NCBI GenBank assembly: GCA_964016885.1
Contig: OZ024760.1
Location: 12,400,001-12,464,000, forward strand
DNA: 64,000 bases
From: Eledone cirrhosa
Lineage: Eukaryota
Reading direction: 5' to 3'
The position numbers and the translations under genes were made by a program. Shown piece by piece: positions 14,300 through 27,545 of this stretch. The notes beneath the pieces are model-generated. The model saw only the letters and a list, made by a program, of their open reading frames with translations. It was not told the origin of the DNA and did no database searches. Position 1 is the first letter of the stretch, and every line of letters begins with the position of its first letter.

Positions 14300-14725
14300 G
14301 ACTTTCATTGGTGGTAGACTTAACCAGTTGTCCAGCGATTTGTTCTCCCTCTCCAACCTTGTTGCTTTGAACATAGCTACAAATCCAGGCTCTGCTTCTC
14401 GCAATGCAGAGAGAAAAGGAAGATAGTTAAATACTGGGCCCTGACTGACGGCTTCCACTTTGCCCTGGTCTCTATTGAGACCTCAGGTGTCCTTGGTCCC
14501 TCACAGAGGAGAGGAAGGTAGTTAAATACTGGGGCCTGACTGACCACTTCCACTTTGTACCTGTCTCAGTCAAGACTTCTGGTGTCCTTGGTCCCTGCAC
14601 AGCTGATTTCTTCCATAAAATCAGAAAGACACCAACCCGCTAAGGAGGGAGCCCTGTGAGGTAGGGTGGCTGGTGTAGCGGATGTCTCTGGCCATTCTCT
14701 GCAGAAACACCTTTGCCATTTTGTT
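14300..14725 (+). pseudogene. CRE-like non-LTR retrotransposon 3' fragment (restriction-like endonuclease region), with internal ~100-bp duplication
   Basis: Manual translation across frameshifts and stops gives ...NPGSASRNAE/RKIVKYWALTDGFHFALVSIETSGVLGP, a duplicate EERKVVKYWGLTDHFHFVPVSVKTSGVLGPCTADFFHKI, then GWLV*RMSLAILCRNTFAIL. This matches the ExxKxxKY...F.P...ET.G..G...QR.S.AI.RGN pattern of CRE-type elements. Confidence 0.75.
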
Positions 14726-14932
14726 TGTGTAAGTTAGTTATATTCTCATTATTAAGTTGGTGTTTGGAATGTAACTAAAGAAAGGTTCTTATATAAAATT
14801 ATGAGCAAAGTGTTGTTGTGTGTACGTGTGAGATAGATAACTTTCTTTTTATTTGCCACCAGGGCATCAAAAGTGGGACAAGTACAAAGGGGGGAGTTTA
14901 CATGCAAAGGCGTCCTTAATATGGAGGAGGCA

Positions 14933-15890
14933 ATAGATGGATAGACAGACAGGTAGATAGATGGATAGACAGACAGGTAGATAGATGGATAGACAGACAG
15001 GTAGATAGATGGATAGACAGACAGGTAGATAGATGGATAGACAGACAGGTAGATAGATGGATAGACAGACAGGTAGATAGATGGATAGACAGACAGGTAG
15101 ATAGATGGATAGACAGACAGGTAGATAGATGGATAGACAGACAGGTAGATAGATGGATAGACAGACAGGTAGATAGATGGATAGACAGACAGGTAGATAG
15201 ATGGATAGACAGACAGGTAGATAGATGGATAGACAGACAGGTAGATAGATGGATAGACAGACAGGTAGATAGATGGATAGACAGACAGGTAGATAGATGG
15301 ATAGACAGACAGGTAGATAGATGGATAGACAGACAGGTAGATAGATGGATAGACAGACAGGTAGATAGATGGATAGACAGACAGGTAGATAGATGGATAG
15401 ACAGACAGGTAGATAGATGGATAGACAGACAGGTAGATAGATGGATAGACAGACAGGTAGATAGATGGATAGACAGACAGGTAGATAGTTAGATAGACAG
15501 ACAGGTAGATAGTTAGATAGACAGACAGGTAGATAGATGGATAGACAGACAGGTAGATAGATGGATAGACAGACAGGTAGATAGATGGATAGACAGACAG
15601 GTAGATAGATGGATAGACAGACAGGTAGATAGATGGATAGACAGACAGGTAGATAGATGGATAGACAGACAGGTAGATAGTTAGATAGACAGACAGGTAG
15701 ATAGTTAGATAGACAGACAGGTAGATAGTTAGATAGACAGACAGGTAGATAGATGGATAGACAGACAGGTAGATAGATGGATAGACAGACAGGTAGATAG
15801 ATGGATAGACAGACAGGTAGATAGTTAGATAGACAGACAGGTAGATAGTTAGATAGACAGACAGGTAGATAGTTAGATAGACAGACAGAC
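14933..15890. repeat. 24-bp minisatellite TAGATGGATAGACAGACAGGTAGA
   Basis: About 40 units; explains the LPVCLSIY ORF. Confidence 0.95.
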
Positions 15891-16077
15891 ATTTGCACTC
15901 TTGCTATTATGTAACAAAAGAAAGAAACTGATGTAAAATAGCAACAATCCTAGCAAATAACACACAGCAGTTGGTGGGAACATAGTAACATTTAACAATG
16001 TCAAACAGTTGGAAGGGATGTTCTTTGTTTCCCTCCCCAGTCCACCGCTATCTATGGGGTAACTGTTATCAAACATT

Positions 16078-16470
16078 CTTCTTCTTTGCCAACTTATTCC
16101 TGGGAGGGTCTTGGGAGGGCAGAGTCCTCAACCACTCCCCTCAGTGGGTCTTGTCAGTCTCCAACTGATCTGGTTGGATCCCCAAGCGTGACCAGCCAAG
16201 CTCATAGATGTTATCCAGTCATCTGATTTGAGGGGGGGGGGTTCTACTCCTGGGTCTCCTGCCGGTTGTTTTTTTAATTTTTGCTCGTAGTTTTCCATTC
16301 AGCAATTCTTTCCTGAGACATTCTAAACACATGTCAATAGTATCAGAGCTGTGATCTCTCATTTTGAAGTAGTGGCTCTACCTGGAGTGACTGATCTATG
16401 AGCTGTGCAGTCTATTGAGCAACACTACTCCAAAGACTCTTTGGAGAGGCCCTATTCTAAATACATGCCC
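16078..16470 (-). mobile_element. RTE-clade LINE 3' end
   Basis: Degenerate RTE C-terminus (LDNIYELGWSRLGI) and (GAA)n tail; homologous to 22570-22900 and 63335-63602. Confidence 0.75.
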
Positions 16471-16473
16471 ATA

Positions 16474-18145
16474 AAATCTGTCCAGTGATTCTTTCCTGAG
16501 ACATTCTAACCATATGGCCAAAGTATCTAAGCTGTGGTCTCTCGATTTGGAGAAGTAACAGCTCTACCTGGAGTGACTCTCTGATCTCCGAGCTATAAAT
16601 CTGTCCAGTGATTCTTTCCTGAGACATTCTAACCATATGGCCAAAGTATCAGAGCTGTGGTCTCTCGATTTGGAGAAGTAACAGCTCTACCTGGAGTGAC
16701 TCTCTGATCTCCGAGCTATAAATCTGTCCAGTGATTCTTTCCTGAGACATTCTAACCATATGGCCAAAGTATCAGAGCTGTGGTCTCTCGATTTGGAGAA
16801 GTAACAGCTCTACCAGGAGTGACTCTCTGATCTCCGAGCTATAAATCTGTCCAGTGATTCTTTCCTGAGACATTCTAACCATATGGCCAAAGTATCTAAG
16901 CTGTGGTCTCGCGATTTGGAGAAGTAACAGCTCTACCTGGAGTGACTCTCTGATCTCCGAGCTATAAATCTGTCCAGTGATTCTTTCCTGAGACATTCTA
17001 ACCATATGGCCAAAGTATCAGAGCTGTGGTCTCTCGATTTGGAGAAGTAACAGCTCTACCTGGAGTGACTCTCTGATCTCCGAGCTATAAATCTGTCCAG
17101 TGATTCTTTCCTGAGACATTCTAACCATATGGCCAAAGTATCAGAGCTGTGGTCTCTCGATTTGGAGAAGTAACAGCTCTACCAGGAGTGACTCTCTGAT
17201 CTCCGAGCTATAAATCTGTCCAGTGATTCTTTCCTGAGACATTCTAACCATATGGCCAAAGTATCTAAGCTGTGGTCTCTCGATTTGGAGAAGTAACAGC
17301 TCTACCTGGAGTGACTCTCTGATCTCCGAGCTATAAATCTGTCCAGTGATTCTTTCCTGAGACATTCTAACCATATGGCCAAAGTATCTAAGCTGTGGTC
17401 TCTCGATTTGGAGAAGTAACAGCTCTACCTGGAGTGACTCTCTGATCTCCGAGCTATAAATCTGTCCAGTGATTCTTTCCTGAGACATTCTAACCATATG
17501 ACCAAAGTATCTAAGCTGTGGTCTCTCGATTTGGAGAAGTAACAGCTCTACCTGGAGTGACTCTCTGATCTCCGAGCTATAAATCTGTCCAGTGATTCTT
17601 TCCTGAGACATTCTAACCATATGGCCAAAGTATCTAAGCTGTGGTCTCTCGATTTGGAGAAGTAACAGCTCTACCTGGAGTGACTCTCTGATCTCCGAGC
17701 TATAAATCTGTCCAGTGATTCTTTCCTGAGACATTCTAACCATATGGCCAAAGTATCTAAGCTGTGGTCTCTCGATTTGGAGAAGTAACAGCTCTACCTG
17801 GAGTGACTCTCTGATCTCCGAGCTATAAATCTGTCCAGTGATTCTTTCCTGAGACATTCTAACCATATGCCCAAAGTATCTAAGCTGTGGTCTCTCGATT
17901 TGGAGAAGTAACAGCTCTACCTGGAGTGACTCTCTGATCTCCGAGCTATAAATCTGTCCAGTGATTCTTTCCTGAGACATTCTAACCATATGCCCAAAGT
18001 ATCTAAGCTGTGGTCTCTCGATTTGGAGAAGTAACAGCTCTACCTGGAGTGACTCTCTGATCTCCGAGCTATAAATCTGTCCAGTGATTCTTTCCTGAGA
18101 CATTCTAACCATATGGCCACAGTATCGGAGCTGTGGTCTCTCAAT
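16474..18145 (-). repeat. 123-bp tandem repeat (~13.5 copies) derived from RTE LINE C-terminal coding sequence
   Basis: Unit encodes SSEIRESLQVELLLLQIERPQLRYFGHMVRMSQERITGQIY (41 aa), matching the RTE motif IERSQLRYCGHVVRM at 63345-63554. Confidence 0.9.
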
Positions 18146-18452
18146 TTTTACCAAATATTCTTCCAGTAGACAAAGTAATAATTCAGTGAATGAAAGAAAA
18201 AGAAATGTTTGGAAGGAAAGATAGAGATTAAATGGTTGCATGAAATGTTGAATAAGATGACATGGAGATAATCCTCAGTAATGATACTAGCTGTTATCTT
18301 ATCAACAGCCTGGCTCAGACAACAGCACCTACCACCACTACTACTACCATTACTACTACCATCACTATTACCACCACCACTACCACTACTACTATTACTA
18401 CTATTACCACCACCACCACCACTAAATGTGCTTCGTGAGAAATCACATTAAA

Positions 18453-18489
<37 letters not shown>

Positions 18490-18503
18490 AGACAGTGTGT
18501 ATG

Positions 18504-18535
<32 letters not shown>

Positions 18536-18572
18536 CTATGTATGTTTGTGTGGGGAAAATGGATGTAAAATG

Positions 18573-18608
<36 letters not shown>

Positions 18609-19023
18609 ATATTACAGAAATTCATATTTCTCTGGGGGCAGGAGGGCTTTTCTTTTTCTTCTTCATGTTTTATTCTTTGTGATCACTGCCACACCCAGTC
18701 CCCCCCCACCCAGTGCCACAAGCACCCCTCCCCCACCATCTCACTCTAAGTAATTCCTCAGTGTCATTATCAATACAGTTTCTCCCTATCAGACAGAAAA
18801 TCAACACCTCAGACTAAACTGTTAAGAGATAATAAAAAGAAATGATAGCGAGTCTAGCCATTTGCAATACCTAAAGAAAACTATCTACCTAGCTCCCTCC
18901 CTCCCTACCTAGCTCCCTCCATGTTAGTGATAGGAAGGGTACCCAGTCTATTTGTAAAACCTTAAAAACCTACATACTCTTAGGTCCCAAAGAGGGGAGG
19001 CTGGAAAACCAGCAATTTTTCTA

Positions 19024-19453
19024 GGTGATGATGATGTTGGTGGTGTTGGTGGTGGTGGTGTTGGTGGTGGTGGTGTTGGTGGTGGTGGTGATGGTGGTGA
19101 TGGTGATGATAGTGATGATGCTGGTGGTGATGGTGACGATGGTGGTGATGATGATGCTGGTGGTGATGATGACGATGGTGGTGGTGATAGTGATGATGCT
19201 GGTGGTGATGATGATGCTGGTGGTGATGATGACGATGGTGGTGGTGATAGTGATGATGCTGGTGGTGATGATGATGCTGGTGGTGATGATGACGATGGTG
19301 GTGGTGATAGTGATGATGCTGGTGGTGATGATGATGCTGGTGGTGATGATGACGATGGTGGTGGTGATAGTGATGATGCTGGTGGTGATGATGATGCTGG
19401 TGGTGATGACGATGGTGGTGGTGATGACGATGGTGGTGGTGATAGTGATGATG
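19024..19453. repeat. (GGT/GAT)n tract with 60-bp higher-order period
   Basis: Lines 19141-19380 repeat exactly every 60 bp. Confidence 0.9.
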
Positions 19454-19559
19454 AATACTTTAATACAGTTATGTATTACATTGTAGAACCAACCATGTAC
19501 AGTTTCAGGTAATACTGCATCAAAAGGGCCCAAACCAGCTCTGGTTCAGTAAAATAAAA

Positions 19560-19743
19560 TCACCCATTTTAAAGGTTTCCAATATAAATTAAAATTTTTC
19601 AATATAATTTTATATAAGAGCCTTACATTAAGTTACTATCCTAGTAATGAAATAATTGATAATTTTAGTAAATCCCTCAAAATTCTTAATTAATTAATTA
19701 AAATAGAGAATATATCATTAAAAATACAGTCATGAAAGGGTTA
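19560..19743 (-). mobile_element. piggyBac-type MITE fragment
   Basis: Ends in TGAAAGGGTTAA; related to 2218-2310 and to the unit of the 53793-54357 repeat. Confidence 0.5.
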
Positions 19744-19904
19744 AAGGACACATGCGTCTCCTGTAATAGAATGCTAGGGCACTAATACATTGATTTCAGG
19801 AACAGGCTGTTCCATTTATTGAATAACTGGATCATTTATCAATACCAATACACAGATCTATTTACACTTTGATATTTGATACCTTAGCAAGAACTCCCAG
19901 ATCT

Positions 19905-20418
19905 TCCTCGCCATCGTTAATTTTTCAGATTTTTTCCAATTCCCTTCCACTTATACCAAACCCCACACCCTGCCCTCACTTATTAAATTTTCCCCTTTTC
20001 TTTCTTCCTCTGTCTAGTAGTCCTTGTTTCTCCTTCCTTTTCCTCTCATTTATGGCATTTATAGTTCTTTCCAATACTGCTTTCTTTTTCTCTATGTTTA
20101 ACCAATGTATTATCGATAGTAACCTGCCTCCCCACTTATTAAATTTTGCTAATCTATCTCTGGTGAAATTTTATTTTAAGTAGTAGCATCCCTGCAACAA
20201 TTAATTTTCTTTATACATTAAAAAAAACATTATACATGACAAAAAACATACATTACTAGAAATCCCATATGTTATAAAATAAATAGGATGGGTTGGTGGA
20301 GGGATCTCAATATCTAAACTAAACGACTAATTCTGGTTTTTTAAAATAAAAAAAATTATCGATTTTCCAACCCACCACCCTGCTTACCCCCTCCCCCCAT
20401 TATCTACGTCCCGAGAAT
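19905..20418 (+). mobile_element. degenerate copy of the TA-flanked MITE at 29116-29508
   Basis: ~280 bp of high identity (AAATTTTGCTAATCTATCTCTGGTGAAATT...CTAAACGACTAATTCTGG). Confidence 0.7.
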
Positions 20419-21077
20419 ATCAAGTATTTATTGTTCTTTTTTATATTTGAATATTTGAATATATGTTTTAATTTAAAAAATATTTTTTAATTTTATTTTT
20501 TAATTTCCTTCCTATTCTCATTAATTACCTCCTTCCAAATCAACGATATTTTACTCTAGTTTAAAAATTGATCTCACTGTTAAAAGTACCTTTTATAATT
20601 TTATTTCATTTTAATCTAATTTAATTTAATTTAATTTTTATCTTTATTTCTTAACCCATCTCATACATCTATTATACACCACCTTCCCCTCCATCACTCC
20701 TTCCATACACCTCCCACATCCTAACATCCTCCACCCACCTCCACAATCTGCACACACCTCAGTCCACACCGTATTTTGGTTGTTTTGGTTCTACAACAAA
20801 AAGCCCCCAGTCCACACTGTAAGGTCGTTGTTTTGGGGTCACAATAAAAAAAAACCCAGTCCACATTGTAAAGTGGTTGTGTAGGTGTCATGACCAATAG
20901 AGGAAGAATCAACCCCAGTACTAGACTGGTACTTATTTTATCGACCTTGAATGGATGAAAAGCAAAATTGACTACGGTGGGATTTGAACTCAGAATGAAG
21001 AGAGTTGGAATGAATACGTCAAATATTTCTGATGTTCTAACAACTTTGTCAATTTGTGACCTAAATTGTTTATAAAA

Positions 21078-21208
21078 GAGTGAGAGAATGTTTGTGAGAG
21101 GGAGGGGGGAGAGAGAGAGAGAGAAGAGAAAGAGAGAGAGGGAAGAGAGAGGGAAGAGAGAGAAAGAGAGAGAGAAAGAGAGAAAGAAAGAGAGAAAGAG
21201 AGAAAGAA

Positions 21209-21239
<31 letters not shown>

Positions 21240-21426
21240 AAGAGAGAGAAAGAGAGAGAAAGAAAGAGAGAGAAAGAAAGAGAGAGAGAGAACGAGAGAG
21301 AGAGAAAGAGAGAGAAAGAAAGAAAGAAAGAGAGAGAAAGAAAGAGAGAAAGAAAGAGAAAGAAAGAAAGAAAGAGAAAGAGAGAAAGCGAGGCAGAAAG
21401 AGAGAGAGGTAGAGAGAGAGGGGGAG

Positions 21427-21460
<34 letters not shown>

Positions 21461-21462
21461 AA
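21078..21462. repeat. (AG)/(AAAG)n purine tract
   Basis: Direct inspection. Confidence 0.95.
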
Positions 21463-22194
21463 GTGAGATGAATTTAATTTAGATGGGAATTATTTTATTT
21501 CTGTGTTTTTTTTCTTCAGTTTTTCAAGAAATATATTTAAATAATAACAATCCACATTCCAATGTAGTTGTTTTTTACTGGAGTGGTATGACTAACACCA
21601 TCATCATCATCACTGTCATTTATACCATCATCATCATCACTTCATCATTATCATCATCACATCATTATCATTATCATCACCACCACCACCACCACAAACA
21701 CCATGAACCCCACCATCCCCATCAACAACAAAACTAACACCACCACCACCACCACCATTACTACCATCACTACCAAATAGGTTCATTAAATGTAACAACA
21801 ACAATAACAATAAAAAAGTACCACAAAAATTAACAGTAACAAAATGAACAACAACAACAGCAACAACAAAAACAACAACCACAACGGCAACAACAACAAT
21901 AACCACAAAAAACACGGAAAGAACATCAGCAAAAAAACAACCACAAATACAACAGTAACAACACTAAAAACATTCACAACAACAACAACACAATGAAAGT
22001 TCCAGCTGTTTAATTCCCAAGATGACTCAACCGGGGAGTTCTTGGAAAAGTTCAAAATGTCCGACATTTGGAGACCTACTCTTCGTCATTCCAATAACAC
22101 ACTTTGGTTTGAAGGCATTGGTTCATTAGTTTGAGATTGGAACCTAGCAGGGGAAAACTAAGCATGCAGTCCATACTGCCTATAAGGTAGATAT

Positions 22195-22560
22195 TTTGGT
22201 GTCACAACAAAAAGACCCAATCTACACTGTAAAGTGGACATGTAGGTGTCACGACAAAAAGCACCCAGTTCACACTGTAAAGTGGTTGTGTAGGTGTCAC
22301 AACAAAAAGACCCAGTCTACACTGTAAAGTGGACATGTAGGTGTCACGACAAAAAGCACCCAGTTCACACTGTAAAGTGGTTGTGTAGGTGTCACGACAA
22401 AAAGACCCAGTCTACACTGTAAAGTGGACATGTTGTAGGTGTCATGACAAAAAGACCCAGTCCAGACTGTAAAGTGGTTGTGTAGGTGTCACAACAAAAA
22501 GCACCCAGTCCACACTGTAAAGTGGACATGTAGGTGTCACGACAAAAAGACCCAGTCTAC
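22195..22560 (+). repeat. ~44-bp tandem repeat derived from a SINE-internal unit
   Basis: About 8 units of AAAAGCACCCAGTCCACACTGTAAAGTGG..GTAGGTGTCACGAC; the same unit occurs in SINEs at 5190-5305 and 47295-47370. Confidence 0.85.
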
Positions 22561-22569
22561 AGAGTAACA

Positions 22570-22900
22570 CACTTATTCCCGAGAGGGTCATAGAGACAGA
22601 GTCCTCAAACACTCCCTCCAGTGGGTCCTGTCAGAAGCAACCATCTCCAACCGATCCCAAGCAAGACCAGCCAAGCTCATGGATGTTATCCAACCATCTT
22701 GCTCTCAAGGTCTACCCCTGGGGCTCCTACAAGTTGGCTTTGCTGGTAAAATCTGTCCAGTGATTCTTTCCTGAGACATTCTAACCACATGTCCACAGTA
22801 TCAGAGCTGTGATCTCTCAATTCAGAGAAGTAGCAGCTCCACCTGGAGTGACTCTCTCATCTCAGAGCTACCATCTGTCAAGTAACATTACTCCAAAGAC
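22570..22900 (-). mobile_element. RTE-clade LINE 3' end
   Basis: Minus strand encodes a degenerate GHVVRMSQERITGQILPAKPT...RGRP..RWLDNIHELGWSCLG. Confidence 0.8.
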
Positions 22901-23834
22901 CCTTTCTCTATCCCCCCCCTCTCTACTTCTCCTCCCTCTCTCTACTCTCTATTTCTCCTCCCTCTCTACTCTATTTCTCTCCCCCTCTCTACTCTATTTC
23001 TCTCCCCCTCTCTACTCTATTTCTCTCCCCCTCTCTACTCTATTTCTCCCCCCTCTCTACTCTATTTCTCCCCCTCTACTCTTTATTCTCCCCTCCTCCC
23101 CCTCTCTACTCTCTATAAGGCTGAGATGATTGTAAGGAGTGAAGGTAGGAGGAGAGTCGCCTAGCCCCCCCCCCCGCCTCCTATACAGGTAGAAGAGAAA
23201 TAATTGACAATGAAAGGAGGGGGAAGATAATCAGAAGGTTAGTGGTGGTGGGGAGGAGGAGGCAGGGTTGGTTAGGTAGATAGACAGGGAGGTGTGTGGG
23301 GAGAGAGAGATAATCTGTAGGTGGGTGGGGCTGGGGTGGCTAACTAAATGGACAGAGAGGGGTGGGAGAAGGGTGGTGAGGGGTGATGAGAGAGTGAGAG
23401 AGCCACAGAAAGAAAGAGAGTAAGAGTGATAGGGGAAGAGAAAGAGAGGGAGATAGTAGAGAGAAAGACAGAGAAAAAAGACTAAAAGAGAGATCCACAG
23501 AGAGAGAGAGAGGGACAGAGAGAGAGTGAGCGAGAGGGGAGAGTGAGAGGGGAGGGAGGGAGAGAGAGAGAGGGGGGGAGAGAGAGGGAGAGAGAGGGGG
23601 AGAGAGAGAGAGGGGGGAGAGAGAGAGAGGGGAGGGGAGAGAGAGGGGGGAGGGGAGGGGAGGGAGAGAGAGAGCCACAGAAAGAGAGTGAGATATATAT
23701 ATATAGAGAGAGAGAGAGAAAGAGAGAATGATTCAAGCTTTGTTGAAACTAGGTTGACAAGTAGTAACTGAGGGAGGGGAGGAGGGATCAGTTAATGCAG
23801 TTGTAAATATATCTCCCCCACACCTCACCGGTCA

Positions 23835-24130
23835 CTGCACCCCTCCCCCACTCTCCAGTCCCTGGACCCCTCCCCTCACTCTCTCCAGTCCCTGGACCCC
23901 TCCCCTCACTCTCTCCAGTCCCTGCACCCCCCACTCTCTCCAGTCCCTGCACCCCTCCCCCACTCTCTCCAGTCCCTGGACCCCTCCCCCACTCTCTCCA
24001 GTCCCTGGACCCCTCCCCTCACTCTCTCCAGTCCCTGCACCCTTCCCCCACTCTCTCCAGTCCCTGCAGGCCTCCCCCACTCTCTCCAGTCCCTGCACCC
24101 TTCCCCCACTCTCTCCAGTCCCTGCACCCT
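23835..24130. repeat. ~30-bp minisatellite CACTCTCTCCAGTCCCTG(C/G)ACCCCTCCC
   Basis: About 10 units. Confidence 0.9.
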
Positions 24131-24623
24131 CCCACCACCAACCATTTTGTCAACACAGCAACACCAAGGTCTTTTAGGGGGTGGTGGTGGACTGAAGGAG
24201 GGGGGGGGGCAGACAGGAGGGAAGGTATGTGTGCGCATGTGTATGTATGTATGAGTGTGGTGTGTGTGTATATATATATGCATGTGTGCATGTATATGTA
24301 CGTGGTGTATGTGTGTGTGTGTATGTATCTGAGTAGGTGTATATGTATGTGTGTGTGTATGTATCTGAGTAGGTGTATATGTATGTGTGCATACTTATTT
24401 CATTTCCTTAAATAAATTCGCATTACATTAACTCTCAAGGGCACACACACACACACACACACGCAATATATACACACACTGAATACATATACATATAATG
24501 CCAATATACATACTGCATATGTATACACAGACTGATGCACACTGCATATATACATACATACCTATAAATACACATACATATATATTCACACATACATATA
24601 ACTATCCATATATATATATATAT

Positions 24624-24791
24624 AACGAAGGAAATGTGGTAAGGAACCAGGTGGACCATAACGCGCCAAAGTACTCAATACTTAGGGTAGTAGAATGGGT
24701 AATAGGAACGAGTAGGACCCCGACGGCTGAGCTCAAGCCATTTCGACGGCTAGTTCTGGACTCAGAACTAGCCATCGGGGTCCTACTCGTT

Positions 24792-24796
<5 letters not shown>
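24624..24796 (-). mobile_element. family A fold-back element
   Basis: Same tail and partly deleted palindrome as 39198-39410; (TA)n flanks. Confidence 0.8.
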
Positions 24797-24839
<43 letters not shown>

Positions 24840-24998
24840 GAGGTTATATTTAATTTGTTGGGATTCAACAAGCTTAAACATTTTTATAACTGATATAAAG
24901 CACTCAACAATTTAGTGGAGTAAATATACAATATATTAACAAATGGAAACTATTTTTCAGGGTATGTCAATATTTATTTATAAAACTAATCTGTATTG

Positions 24999-25064
24999 TA
25001 TTTTATCTGATGAAAGTGCACCATAATTTGCCTTGGTGGCCCTTAAAATATGTATAATAAAATA
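24999..25064 (+). ncRNA. degenerate type I hammerhead (family D)
   Basis: TATTTTAT CTGATGA AAG..CACCA...TGGTG..CTT AAA ATA TG TAT A ATAAAATA. Stem I is 8 bp and G12 is replaced by A. Enclosed by an inverted repeat (~24932-24955 / 25082-25101). Confidence 0.6.
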
Positions 25065-25092
25065 AATATGGTTTTATAAATATAGTTTCCAT

Positions 25093-25141
<49 letters not shown>

Positions 25142-25539
25142 TCACCTCCATGACCCAATGTTCTTCTCCCATGGGGTGGGGGAAAGAAGAAGCAGCAGCA
25201 TGGACCCCCCTCCCCCATCCTTCCATCTACACCACTCCTTCTTGGTCAAGGCCACAATGAGGTCCTCAAGGTGCCACACAGCAGGACTGAATCTGAAACC
25301 ATGTGGTTGGGGAGCTTAAATACACAGCCATAAGTGTTCACAATCTACCACTAGCACAGTCCCCCCCCCCCCACGAGAACCAATGCCCAACCACCTCAAC
25401 CACCACACCACTTCCCATCCACCACCAACAACACTGTCCATGTCCACTAATCTCATTACATGAAATAGATTACACAGTAATAACAGAAATATGTTTAAGC
25501 ATAGTTCACAGCAACTGTTAAACTACCAGAACGACTTCA

Positions 25540-25990
25540 CTCACACCACATACTGGACAGCACTGGACACACCACACACTGGACATCACTGGTCACACCA
25601 CATACTGGACATCACTGGTCACACCACATACTGGACATCACTGGACACACCACACACTGGACATCACTGGACACACCACATACTGGACATCACTGGTCAC
25701 ACCACATACTGGACATCACTGGTCACACCACATACTGGACAGCACTGGACACACCACACACTGGACATCACTGGTCACACCACACACTGGACAGCACTGG
25801 ACACACCACACACACCACACACTGGACATCACTGGACACACCACATACTGGACATCACTGGACACACCACATACTGGACATCACTGAACACACCGCACTG
25901 GACACACCACACACTGGTCACACCACACACTGGACACACCACATACTAGACAACACAGGACACACCACATACTGGACAACACAGGACACT
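25540..25990. repeat. 26-bp minisatellite CTGGACATCACTGG(T/A)CACACCACA(T/C)A
   Basis: Direct inspection. Confidence 0.9.
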
Positions 25991-27062
25991 CAGAATGATA
26001 CAGGGTCAGCTTTTGTGTATAAGAAGTTTCTAATAAAAACTAAGAAAATAAACATTTGCCTTTCATCCTTACAGGGTTGATAAAATAAAGTACCAGTAAT
26101 ACACTGGAGTTGATTTAATCAACTTTCTCCTACTCAAAAAATTGCTGCCCTTGTGCCTAAATCAGAAACCATTATTATTTATAATTTCATTGTTAATTGG
26201 TTTTGCCATTGTGCACTTTTACTCGACCATATAGTAAACCCCCACTGTCCCCGTCTTTGTATTGTCCCCTACATGTTGGTCCTTGTGGCCAATAAATGAA
26301 ATTATTATTATTAGTAATAGTATTATTTTCCTTGTGTCATCACTGCATTACTGAGCACAGTTCGATGTACCTTGGCTACGTGCAGCATTGTTTTGGGTGA
26401 TGTTCTCTCTATTGTATTGAGAATTGCTCTTCGTAATATTTAAGCAGTACCCAGTTATCTTTTATATGTTATATATATTTGTAAGTCCAAGGACACTATA
26501 ATATATGTAGTACCTAGTTATACTATTTTTATATAGGGAGAGAGAGGGGGAGAGAGAGGGGGGAGAGGAGAGAAAGGGGAGGAATAAGGAGACAGAGATA
26601 GGAGAAGAGAGGGGAAGGTATGGAAGTAAAAACAAAAATAAAACTAAAAAAATAGAAATGCAAGGAGATTTGTGATGGTGGGGAGGGTGGAGATGGTGAG
26701 GAGATGGTGGGGAGGGTGGAGATGGTGAGGAGATGGTGGGGAGGGTGGAGATGGTGGGGAGAGGATGGAGATGGTGGAGAGGATGGGGAGAGGATGGAGA
26801 TGGTGGAGAGGATGGAGATGGTGGGGAGGGTGGATATGGTGGGGAGGGTGATGGTGGGGAGATGGTGGAGATGGTGGGGAGAGGGTGGAGATGGTGGCGA
26901 GGGGAGGGGGCTGGGGTGGATTAGAAACCCTAAACCCTATCTTTGAATATAATAGAAATAATTAAAATCTGTTAATCCTCAACATATCTTACCAACTGAT
27001 CCCAGAGATTGCCTCAAGTCACATTATTACTTCACTGTGGCTATTGTTGTTGTTGTTGTTAC

Positions 27063-27290
27063 AAGGGTGGGGGATTGGCAGTATCTGTAGATATAGGACA
27101 ACATGCTTTGTAGCATAGAGTTACGGCTCTTTACGGTCTGAGTTCAAATCCCGCCGAGGTCAGCTTTGCCTTTCATCCTTACAGGGTATATAAAATAAAG
27201 TACCAGTAATCCACTGGGGTTGTTTTAATCGACTTTCCCTTTCTCCAAAAATTGATGGCCTTGTGCCTAAATCAGAAACTATTATTACTA
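27063..27290 (+). mobile_element. Nin/Deu-like SINE, full length
   Basis: B box GAGTTCAAATCC, central GCCTTTCATCCTTAC domain, GGCCTTGTGCCTAAATCAGAAAC tail. Confidence 0.8.
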
Positions 27291-27299
27291 TTACAAGCA

Positions 27300-27545
27300 A
27301 TTACTGTTGGTACTCATTCTTCAGCTGAGTTCACTGGAGCAACAAACATCAAATGAAGTGTCTTGCTCAAGACCACCACACACCCCAGTCCAGGAATTGA
27401 ACCCACAATATTATGATCATAAGTCCAACATCCTTACCACTGGGGTAACATGAAATAAAGTGTTTTGCTCAAGAACATAACCCAGTCCAGGAATCGAACT
27501 CACAACATCATAAGACCAACAACCACTAAGCCAGGCTCCGCCACT
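27300..27545 (-). mobile_element. CORE-like SINE copies (two, adjacent)
   Basis: AAGTGTCTTGCTCAAG twice, with B boxes GGAATTGAACCC / GGAATCGAACTC. Confidence 0.65.

Noticed and set aside
14867-15898. 343-aa LPVCLSIY repeat ORF
   Set aside because: GATA/GACA-derived 24-bp minisatellite.
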